This document shows positions 57,139-64,000 of a stretch of 64,000 bases of DNA, in pieces (within the stretch, counting starts at the first letter, position 1; each line of letters starts with the position of its first letter). Below the pieces are notes generated by a model. That model saw nothing but the letters and a program-made list of their open reading frames with translations, was not told the DNA's origin and did no database searches. The DNA comes from an uncultured Candidatus Saccharibacteria bacterium (GTDB lineage: Bacteria; Patescibacteriota; CALEFQ01; G965231055), in assembly GCA_965231055.1 (NCBI GenBank), contig OZ246411.1, positions 277,041-341,040 on the forward strand, in the 5' to 3' direction. The position numbers and the translations under genes are program-made.

Positions 57139-58464
57139 ATGAAAGTATCAGTAACAAAACTTCCAAAATCAGAAATAGAGCTTAGCATAGAGGTTCCAAA
57201 TGAATCTCTGGATCCGTATCTCAAAAAAGCTGCGGAAAATATTTCCAAGAATTACAAATTTGAAGGATTTAGACCAGGAAAAGCCCCTGCAAATGTAGTT
57301 GAGCAAAAAGTAGGTAAAATGGCTCTTTGGGAAGAGGCTATGGAGCTTGCTATACCAAAGTTTTATGTGGACGCAGTTTTGCAGGAAAAACTGGAAGTTG
57401 TGGGACAGCCAGAAATAACTCCTCAGAAAGTAGCTCCCGCAAATTCTTTTATATTCAAAGCCAAAGTAGGAATACTCCCTGAAATAAAACTTCCAAAACT
57501 TGAAGAGCTAAAAATTAAAGGCAATAAAGTTGAGGCAACTGACAAAGAAGTAGGGGAAGCGATAGAGGAGATTAGAAGCAAGAGAGCTACCTCAGTCAGA
57601 GTAAAAAGAGAAGCTAAAAAGGGAGATAGGGTAGAAATAGATTTTACAGTGAAAGTCGATAAAGTTGTTATAGAAGGTGGACAGAGCAAAAATCACCCAC
57701 TAGTTATAGGTGAAAACAAATTTATTCCAGGTTTTGAAGATCAGCTTGTGGGAATGAAGGAAGATGCGAGTAAAAACTTTGCACTCACTTTTCCAAAAGA
57801 TTATGGCAAAAAAGATCTTGCAGGAAAAAAAGCTGACTTTGAAGTAAAAGTAAAATCGGTTCAGGAAATGAAGCTTCCAGAAGTCGATGATAAATTTGTA
57901 AAAGAGCTTGGTGATTTCAAAGATGTAAAAGACCTAAAAGAAAAACTCAAGGCAAATATTTTGAGAGAAAAGGAAGAAAAGGAAAAGCAAAGATTTGAGT
58001 CTTCCATTGTTGCTAAGATTCAGGAAATAATTGAAAAAGAAAAGGAATTGGAACTCCCAGAAGTGCTAGTGGCATCGGAACAACACAAAATGATTCATGA
58101 ATTTGAAGACACACTCGCTCAGCAAGGAGCCAATCTAGAACAATACCTTCAATCAATCAAAAAATCAGTAGAAGATTTTGAAAAAGAGCAAAGACCAATG
58201 GCGGTGAAGAGAGTGAAATTTGGTTTGATTGTGAGAAAAGTAATAGAGGATCACAAGATAAAAGTAGATTCAAAAGAAGTAGAAAAAGAGATCGCTCAAA
58301 TCAAAGGTGTCTACGAAAAACTCTATAAATCTCAAAAAGCAAATCAAAATATCGGCGAGATACTGAAACAATTTGACACAGATGAGTATAAAAATTATGC
58401 AGAAAGCATAATACTAAATAGAAAAGTATTTGAATTTCTGGCTGGAAAGGTTAAAAAAATCTAA
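57139..58464 (+). CDS. tig: Trigger factor
   Basis: MKVSVTKLPKSEIELSIEVP N-domain. PPIase domain (FIPGFEDQLVGMK). Confidence 0.9.
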   Translation: MKVSVTKLPKSEIELSIEVPNESLDPYLKKAAENISKNYKFEGFRPGKAPANVVEQKVGKMALWEEAMELAIPKFYVDAVLQEKLEVVGQPEITPQKVAPANSFIFKAKVGILPEIKLPKLEELKIKGNKVEATDKEVGEAIEEIRSKRATSVRVKREAKKGDRVEIDFTVKVDKVVIEGGQSKNHPLVIGENKFIPGFEDQLVGMKEDASKNFALTFPKDYGKKDLAGKKADFEVKVKSVQEMKLPEVDDKFVKELGDFKDVKDLKEKLKANILREKEEKEKQRFESSIVAKIQEIIEKEKELELPEVLVASEQHKMIHEFEDTLAQQGANLEQYLQSIKKSVEDFEKEQRPMAVKRVKFGLIVRKVIEDHKIKVDSKEVEKEIAQIKGVYEKLYKSQKANQNIGEILKQFDTDEYKNYAESIILNRKVFEFLAGKVKKI

Positions 58465-58480
58465 ATTTTCTTCATAAACT

Positions 58481-58506
58481 AAGGCGCTCCAAAAGGGCGC
58501 CTTTTG
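58481..58506 (+). terminator. Intrinsic terminator after tig
   Basis: AAGGCGC-tccaaaagg-GCGCCTT then TTTG. Confidence 0.65.
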
Positions 58507-58582
58507 TGATATACTATGAATATTAAGCTATCAGCTTTCAGTGCCCAGTCGCTATGAATACTGAACATTGAATACTATACCT

Positions 58583-59440
58583 ATGAACATCGGGGCTCAC
58601 GTATCTATAAAAAAGGGTTTGGTTGGTGCTGTGGAAGAAGCGCATGATTTGGGTTGTACTACTTTTCAAATATTTTCAAGAAACCCCAGAGGAAGAGGAG
58701 AAAAAGAAATTACTGATGGGGAAATAAAAGACGCCCATAAAAATATGAAAAAATACGGCATAGAGTCCTTTTATATTCATACGCCGTATTATACAAATCT
58801 CGCTTCGTTCAACGAAAAAACCTTTCACTCATCTATTTTTTATATTTTGAAGGATCTGGAAAAAGCAAAGCGCATAGGGGCAAGAGGATTTGTAATGCAT
58901 ATGGGAAGTCATCTCGGAAAAGGTGAGGACTATGGGATCAAGAGAGTGGCTAGGGGACTTGAGAAGATTTTTCAAAAAGACAAAAGCGGCACACCTATTT
59001 TAATGGAAGATACTTCGGGAGCTGGAAATGAAGTGGGAAATAGTTTTGAATCACTCGGAGAGATAATGAAAATAATTAAAAACAAGAAGAAGGGATATGA
59101 AAAACAGCTAAAAATTTGTTTGGATACTTGCCATTCATTTGCTGAGGGGTATGACTGGCGCGAAGAAAGCAAACTTCAAAAAAATCTCAAAGAATTTGAT
59201 AAGTATTTGGGAATTGATAATTTGTGGCTAATACATACAAACGACTCAATGGGGGATTTGGGAAGTCATAAGGATAGACATGATCATCTGGGTAAGGGGA
59301 AAATGGGGAAGCGCGCTTTTGAGATGCTTGCTAGTCATAAGTTACTTAAAAACAAAGATTTTATCGTAGAGACTCCAGATGATGGTGAAAGAATAAAAGA
59401 TATAAAGATGCTAAAGAAAATAGCGTCAAAAAGTAAATAA
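58583..59440 (+). CDS. nfo: Endonuclease IV (AP endonuclease family 2)
   Basis: MNIGAHVS, the HTPYYTNLAS, HMGSH and CLDTCH metal-binding motifs. Confidence 0.85.
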   Translation: MNIGAHVSIKKGLVGAVEEAHDLGCTTFQIFSRNPRGRGEKEITDGEIKDAHKNMKKYGIESFYIHTPYYTNLASFNEKTFHSSIFYILKDLEKAKRIGARGFVMHMGSHLGKGEDYGIKRVARGLEKIFQKDKSGTPILMEDTSGAGNEVGNSFESLGEIMKIIKNKKKGYEKQLKICLDTCHSFAEGYDWREESKLQKNLKEFDKYLGIDNLWLIHTNDSMGDLGSHKDRHDHLGKGKMGKRAFEMLASHKLLKNKDFIVETPDDGERIKDIKMLKKIASKSK

Positions 59441-59473
59441 TCTGGCAATTACAAATTGTTATTGCAATGTTTT

Positions 59474-59550
59474 CTTCGTCATCCCTGTCGGCAGACAGGC
59501 AGGCCCGCACCCACTTTTGTGAGTATAAACTCCAGCAGGGATCCAGACAC
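59474..59550. repeat. GTCGTCATCCC-hairpin element, long-loop variant
   Basis: CTTCGTCATCCCTG ... CAGGGATCCAGACACC with a 48-nt insert containing a CTGTC-ggca-GACAG hairpin. Confidence 0.55.
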
Positions 59551-59645
59551 CACGTATGATTAATTTTAGGAGGGATAAATGAATAAAAGCTATTATGCAT
59601 ATATTTTAGCAAGTAAGTGTAGTGATACTATTTTTTGATATTAAA

Positions 59646-59689
59646 CCGCGACGACTTCTGGATCCCCGATCGGGGTCGGGGATGACGAC
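59646..59689. repeat. GTCGTCATCCCC-hairpin element, inverted-orientation copy
   Basis: Reverse complement GTCGTCATCCCCgaccccgatcGGGGATCCAGAaGTCGTCGcgg matches copy 941-983 almost base for base. Confidence 0.65.
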
Positions 59690-59748
59690 TGTGGTAAATT
59701 TCTGTTCATAGTTTAAGATAACTAAATTACTCGCAAGTCTTCTTTTTT

Positions 59749-59765
59749 GCGGGGATGACGACGGG
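59749..59765. repeat. Half-copy of the GTCGTCATCCCC element (GCGGGGATGACGACGGG)
   Basis: Reverse complement CCCGTCGTCATCCCCGC. Confidence 0.5.
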
Positions 59766-59788
59766 AGAGATTATAACAATAAAAACAA

Positions 59789-60361
59789 ATGGATACACTG
59801 GAAAAAATCGCTGGTGAAATAAAAGAGTGTAAAAAATGCCAGCTTTGTAAGACGAGAACAAATACTGTACCAGGTCACGGAAGTGAAAAAGCGGAAATTC
59901 TTTTTATAGGAGAAGGACCAGGGGCAAACGAAGACAAACAAGGCCTTCCTTTTGTGGGAGCTGCGGGGAAATATCTAGATAAACTTCTCGCGCTAATTAA
60001 TCTCAAAAGAGAGGATGTTTTTATTGCGAATGTGGTGAAATGCAGGCCTCCCCAAAACAGAGATCCTCTTCCTGAAGAGGTAGAAGCTTGTTGGGATTAT
60101 TTGCAAAGACAAATCAAAACCATAAAGCCGAAACTGATTGTTACACTCGGTAGACACTCGATGGCGAGATTTATAAAGATAGGAACTATTTCTTTGAATC
60201 ACGGACAGCCAAAGAGAGTCGCAGGACAAGTGTATTATCCCGTGTATCATCCCGCGGCCGCACTTTATAGAGGCGCGCTCAAGATTGATTTGGAAAAAGA
60301 TTTCAAAAAAATTCCTGCGATAATCAGGAAAATAATAGAACTTGAAGTAAAAACAAAATAA
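59789..60361 (+). CDS. Family-4 (Fe-S) uracil-DNA glycosylase
   Basis: CKKCQLCKTR...ILFIGEGPGANEDKQGLPFVGAAG. Confidence 0.85.
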   Translation: MDTLEKIAGEIKECKKCQLCKTRTNTVPGHGSEKAEILFIGEGPGANEDKQGLPFVGAAGKYLDKLLALINLKREDVFIANVVKCRPPQNRDPLPEEVEACWDYLQRQIKTIKPKLIVTLGRHSMARFIKIGTISLNHGQPKRVAGQVYYPVYHPAAALYRGALKIDLEKDFKKIPAIIRKIIELEVKTK

Positions 60362-60380
60362 GTCAAAATAAACAATAATA

Positions 60381-60406
60381 AAAAGAGCCAATAAGCTCTT
60401 TTTTGT
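60381..60406 (+). terminator. Intrinsic terminator after udg
   Basis: AAGAGC-caataa-GCTCTTTTTTG. Confidence 0.75.
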
Positions 60407-60456
60407 TTGTAAGAAAATGCCCTAAACACAACTTGTTGAGCCGAAGCTCGTTGTGC

Positions 60457-60663
60457 TTAGGGCGAGATGGTGCCGATGTCCTCCGTGATTGAGATTACTT
60501 CAAGGAATGTGTGTTCAGGTCGTCTTACTCCAATGGGTTGAGTTTTCTGTCTTGCCTTATTGGCAGACGAAATTGGTTGCGTGTCCTGATTTTCGGGAGT
60601 TTTTCTCACAATTCGTACGAAGATCTCAGCATCAGAAGGATATCTTCTTTTTGATTGTTCCAT
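60457..60663 (-). CDS. Hypothetical basic small protein (68 aa), higher GC
   Basis: AAGGAGGG RBS 5 nt upstream of minus-strand ATG 60663. Confidence 0.35.
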   Translation of the reverse strand: MEQSKRRYPSDAEIFVRIVRKTPENQDTQPISSANKARQKTQPIGVRRPEHTFLEVISITEDIGTISP

Positions 60664-60881
60664 ATTGTCCCTCCTTGCGCGATGTTTCTGCCTAAAAGCT
60701 ATCATTAATAGCTTTATTGTAAATAAAAAAGTAGATAATGCCATTTTGTATTATATTTGTCAAATAGCAGCTTGCTTATGTTTATTCTCATTAAATTTGA
60801 AGTGGAGTTATGTAATAGAAAACTCACCCTTTATAGAGTGAGTTGTGTGAAAATGTAATAGATGTAATGAGCTTGTGAGTA

Positions 60882-61694
60882 TTATGTCTTTGAAAAAGTC
60901 TTTTTAATATGAAGTAGTTCTTCTTTGACCTTTTCGCGAAGATCTTGGTCGAGCAATTCAGCGATTTGCATTGCGCGATCTATTCTCGCGGGATTACAGT
61001 TCTCTGATATTGCCCGAAGTAGCGTTGTTTTTTCGATTATCCTGTAGAATTTGAGTCTCCTGAGTTCGTCTATGTCGGTTTTGACACTCGAGGCGGATCG
61101 TTGAATTCTTTTTAGTAGATATGATACGTATATTCTTTCGAATTTTTTTGCCTTTGCTTTCAATCCAAGATTCTCTGCAAGTTGCATTTTTAAATATGCA
61201 TTTACCTTTGTTGATTCAAAAAAAGATCGTGAAGCCATGGCTTTGTGTTTCACTCGAAGATGTCCAAAATCAGCATAAGAAAGATTGTTTCCGCTGAAGA
61301 TGTCGTGCCATGAAGAAATGAAAACTTTGAACGCTTCAATTTCAAGTTTCAGAACGAACTCAGGGATTGTTGTTGGATTATCGCCGAGGTGTCTATAGAG
61401 CTCGCATAAAAAGTACTCGTATTCTACCCTGGTGAGGTGATCTCGTGTGCTGATTTTCTCGCGACAGAGTTTTTTGAATAACATGAGGAGTACTGTGACC
61501 GTGAGGTATTTTCTTACGGTTGGATGTGCTTGAGTGATTTCAGAAATCATCCCTTCCATTTTTTCTCCGTAAAGATTGCTCGACATGACATGGTACAGGG
61601 CCCTCATTGCCATGCGATCCTTCTTTTTCTCGTCAGTTAAATCCGTAAAAAAAAGCTTGAATCGCGTGTAGGGGTTATTGATTTTAATGAACAT
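60882..61694 (-). CDS. Hypothetical all-helical 270-aa protein (Abi-like?) adjacent to tRNA-Cys
   Basis: No catalytic motifs. Composition and size resemble AbiD/F-type proteins; weak. Confidence 0.4.
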   Translation of the reverse strand: MFIKINNPYTRFKLFFTDLTDEKKKDRMAMRALYHVMSSNLYGEKMEGMISEITQAHPTVRKYLTVTVLLMLFKKLCREKISTRDHLTRVEYEYFLCELYRHLGDNPTTIPEFVLKLEIEAFKVFISSWHDIFSGNNLSYADFGHLRVKHKAMASRSFFESTKVNAYLKMQLAENLGLKAKAKKFERIYVSYLLKRIQRSASSVKTDIDELRRLKFYRIIEKTTLLRAISENCNPARIDRAMQIAELLDQDLREKVKEELLHIKKTFSKT

Positions 61695-61813
61695 AAATCT
61701 CTCCTTTCAGGGTTGCAACAATTTCAGTGAATAATAAACTCATACTACTCATACTAAATGTAAAATGCAAGCAATAAAAAAAGCCTTCTTGGGCTCCTAA
61801 AACAAATTTATTT

Positions 61814-61887
61814 TGGAGGCCTGGAGCGGAATTGAACCGCTGTGCGAGGTTTTGCAAACCTCTGCCTAGCCACTCGGCCACCAGGCC
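61814..61887 (-). tRNA. tRNA-Cys (GCA)
   Basis: Reverse complement GGCCTGGTGGCCGAGTGGCTAGGCAGAGGTTTGCAAAACCTC...TTCAATTCCGCTCCAGGCCTCCA. Anticodon loop TTGCAAA. Confidence 0.85.
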
Positions 61888-62017
61888 ATGTTAGTTGTTA
61901 GTGATCAGTATTTAGCTGTCACGTAGTATTTAGTTTTACTAAATGACTTAATCATAGTATAGAAAACAAAGACTTTGGTCAATAAAAATCCCCTGTCATG
62001 CGACAGGGGATTTGTTG

Positions 62018-62626
62018 TTATTGTACTATTCTTACTTCTATAGATCTTCTTCCCCATGCAAGTGCTTGCTGGTAATCTCCTGTATAAACATCAAGAATGT
62101 TACCTTTAATAGCACCACCAGTGTCTTCAGCTCTAAAAATTCCAACACCTTTTATTTCAACCATAGATCCGAGTGGAATAACTCTAGGGTCAACAGCTAT
62201 TGTTTTCCATGCTGCTGGGTTTGTTCCTGTAGCAGTTCTTCTGCTAGGTGAACAACCTTCTGAAGCAGCTTGGCATGAATAAGCAGTTGATCTGAAAAGC
62301 ATCCATCCATCGGTAGCATCTTTGGTGCTAGGGTAGTTGGTAGGAGAGTAAGAAGCAACCTTGCTTCTAAGTTTTGCCTTTTCTTCGGCAACTCTTTTTT
62401 CCTCTTCCTGTTGCTTTCTCTTTTTTTCAAGAGCTATTTCAGTAGTTTTCTTGGCATCAGTAATTTCATTTGATATCGCCTTTGTTGACATTGCAACTCT
62501 GGCGTCAGTAGTAAATTCAATAGTTTTAGCTTCGGCCACATTGGTCATAGCAATTATTGATGGACCGATAGCTGTAGCTAGGGTAGCTACAAACGCGACG
62601 ATTACGAATGATTTGATTGTAATCAT
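62018..62626 (-). CDS. 3D-domain protein (MltA/YocH/Rpf-like cell-wall binding domain) with N-terminal TM and coiled coil
   Basis: The C-terminus (AYSCQAASEGCSP...GTNPAAWKTIAVDPRVIPLGSMVEIKGVGIFRAEDTGGAIKGNILDVY) matches the 3D-domain pattern. Confidence 0.65.
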   Translation of the reverse strand: MITIKSFVIVAFVATLATAIGPSIIAMTNVAEAKTIEFTTDARVAMSTKAISNEITDAKKTTEIALEKKRKQQEEEKRVAEEKAKLRSKVASYSPTNYPSTKDATDGWMLFRSTAYSCQAASEGCSPSRRTATGTNPAAWKTIAVDPRVIPLGSMVEIKGVGIFRAEDTGGAIKGNILDVYTGDYQQALAWGRRSIEVRIVQ

Positions 62627-63208
62627 AAAAAAAGTCGCTCCGTTTAATTAATGCGACAAATGGAGTATACCATATACCAAATACTTTGTCAAGCCGATTA
62701 CTTGATAAAGGTTGATTTTTGGCTTATTTAAGCCAACTAGGTAAGTCTCCAAAGCCAATCGAGGCTTTACCTATAGGTATATACGTAGCTCCTTTGTCTT
62801 ACGACCGCCCAAGATCCTTTTGATCGGATCTAAGGGCAAGTTTCTGCCTTATTATGAGCAAAAACAGGTTATTTAGTTATAAAAAGCGGATCATATTGAT
62901 CGCTTGCCGAAAAAGTGTAGCATATCATCACTTTGCGTCAAGCAGACTGGGGATAGAGTGGGGATGAGTGAATTTTGGGCTATAAGTTGCTAGTTAGTAA
63001 GCGTATTTTTACCTAAGTTGACATAATGGGGTTATATGGTATTATGCATTTTGTAAATAAAAATTATGGAAAGTCGCATTTGTAAAAATTCATGGAATGC
63101 CATGCATTCACCACTTTTCACTGGTGTATTTGTGTATGCACACATGAATAGATTGCGACTTGTTAATTTTTCTACAAAACTCTAGATAAGATACTTTTAT
63201 AGATAATC

Positions 63209-63238
63209 TAACCTGTCAGCAATCTGAACAGGTTTTTT
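63209..63238 (+). terminator. Orphan intrinsic terminator in a 700-bp gene-free region
   Basis: ACCTGT-cagcaatctga-ACAGGTTTTTTTG. No ORF of 60 aa or more upstream on the plus strand. Confidence 0.5.
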
Positions 63239-63343
63239 TGTTCTATAGAGTTGTCTGGTCCTGAATTTCGGAGCTAGTCGAGTCTAGAGATACTAGGCTT
63301 CCTCGTATGAGGACTAGCTCTTTTAAAATTTAGGAGGTGTAAA

Positions 63344-64000
63344 ATGAAGCGCAATGTGCAACTTTTCTTGGCATATCAGTTTTTTTTCGCTTTGGTATTC
63401 TTTGGACCATTTTGGCAGCAATTCTGTAATACCACTCTTGGAATCAGTCAATCATCGATTTTTGTTATAGAAAATTTGATGGTGCCAATACTATTGGTGT
63501 TTGAAATTTTTTCTGGTGTCATGGCTGACAGATTTTCACGGAAACTAATGCTCGTAATCGGTCCACTTTTTTGTGCTGGCTCAATGCTGTGTTTAGCTTT
63601 CACTCAGGGAATTAAACTTTATGCGTTGAGTGATTTTCTCTGGTGTGTCGGATGGGTGATCATAAGTGGAACTGATGTTGCCATGCTCCGTGATTCCATG
63701 AATGGTGAATTTGTGGAGCAGAAATTTAGGCGCATTCTTAATCTAGCGACTTCGTTGGGACTTGTGGTTACGTCTTTATCAAACGTTCTACCTGGAATAC
63801 TAATAGCAATGGGTGTGTTCACTGATTTGCGCATTACTATGCTGGCTACTGTCCCGGCGTCAATCGCATGTTCTACTTGCGCCTTATTTATGAACGAACC
63901 TAAGCGTAATACAATTAAGTCGAGCAGGCATATTCTGATCATCGGAACGTCTCAAGTGCTGAAACAAAAAAAAGTATTGCTGTTGGGATTTTTCTTTAGC
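63344..64000 (+). CDS. MFS-type transporter, N-terminal part (runs off the window end)
   Basis: AGGAGGTG RBS. Six TM helices. MADRFSRK (D-R-x-G-R-K-like MFS motif A region). Confidence 0.55.
   Translation, partial: MKRNVQLFLAYQFFFALVFFGPFWQQFCNTTLGISQSSIFVIENLMVPILLVFEIFSGVMADRFSRKLMLVIGPLFCAGSMLCLAFTQGIKLYALSDFLWCVGWVIISGTDVAMLRDSMNGEFVEQKFRRILNLATSLGLVVTSLSNVLPGILIAMGVFTDLRITMLATVPASIACSTCALFMNEPKRNTIKSSRHILIIGTSQVLKQKKVLLLGFFFS

Noticed and set aside
59441-59790. Considered RNase P RNA, tmRNA or SRP RNA for the GC-rich hairpin cluster.
   Set aside because: None of the conserved motifs is present (P4 AGGAAAGUCCGGGC, tmRNA tRNA-like end with TTCGA...CCACCA, SRP GGAA/AGCAGC domain). The central part is AT-rich.
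61684-61881. Minus-strand ORF 61684-61881.
   Set aside because: It overlaps tRNA-Cys (61814-61887) and is spurious.
63619-63942. Minus-strand ORF inside the MFS transporter gene.
   Set aside because: Antisense to the plus-strand transporter, which has an RBS and TM helices.
1-64000. Looked for integrase, transposase, reverse transcriptase (DGR) or prophage structural genes that would explain the higher-GC islets.
   Set aside because: No ORF shows YxDD, DDE or tyrosine-recombinase R-H-R-Y signatures, so none is called.

Overview
This window is a low-GC (roughly 35-38 %) chromosomal segment, gene-dense on both strands, with the look of a Patescibacteria/CPR-type or similarly reduced monoderm bacterium. 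Core housekeeping genes are prominent: ruvB, rnc, nusB, rpmF, gyrA, rpsA, tilS, ftsH, gpmI, infB, rbfA, nrnA-like, clpP, rny, ymdB, hup, rnhB, yraN, nusA, hppA, tig, nfo and a family-4 UDG. There is also a eukaryotic-like Ser/Thr kinase. A ~12 kb minus-strand operon (19.3-30.0 kb) runs sensor kinase, response regulator, PilB, PilC, two prepilin-type pilins, a PilX-like protein and PilM/N/O. Seven tRNAs are present: Met/Ile2-CAU, Arg-CCU, Pro-UGG, Pro-CGG, Gly-UCC and Cys-GCA on the minus strand. Between the core operons sit short, higher-GC (about 42-48 %) gene cassettes. Each has its own Shine-Dalgarno sequence and intrinsic terminator, several encode Cys-rich proteins, and some lie next to tRNA genes; the largest islet is 45.0-48.5 kb. 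Several nucleotide-level repeat families are unexplained by the gene content. First, a perfect 16-28 bp palindrome (core TGTTCCACGTGGAACA) occurs three times inside one O-antigen-ligase-like gene, in two different reading frames. Second, a GTCGTCATCCCC...GGGGATCCAGAC hairpin element occurs four times, three of them clustered between nfo and udg. Third, an exact 16-mer (GAATACTGAGCGCTGA) is shared by the promoter regions of ruvB and rnc. Fourth, a degenerate TAGAAGGATTGGGTTTTAGGTG repeat family occurs in two intergenic regions. Fifth, an AAAATTTCGTTCATCG 3' motif follows two cassette genes. Two gene-free GC-rich stretches bounded by terminators (12.56-12.81 kb and 47.70-48.06 kb) are candidate structured ncRNAs. 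No CRISPR array, integrase, transposase or reverse transcriptase was seen. All calls are from reading the sequence by eye; no database search was possible.
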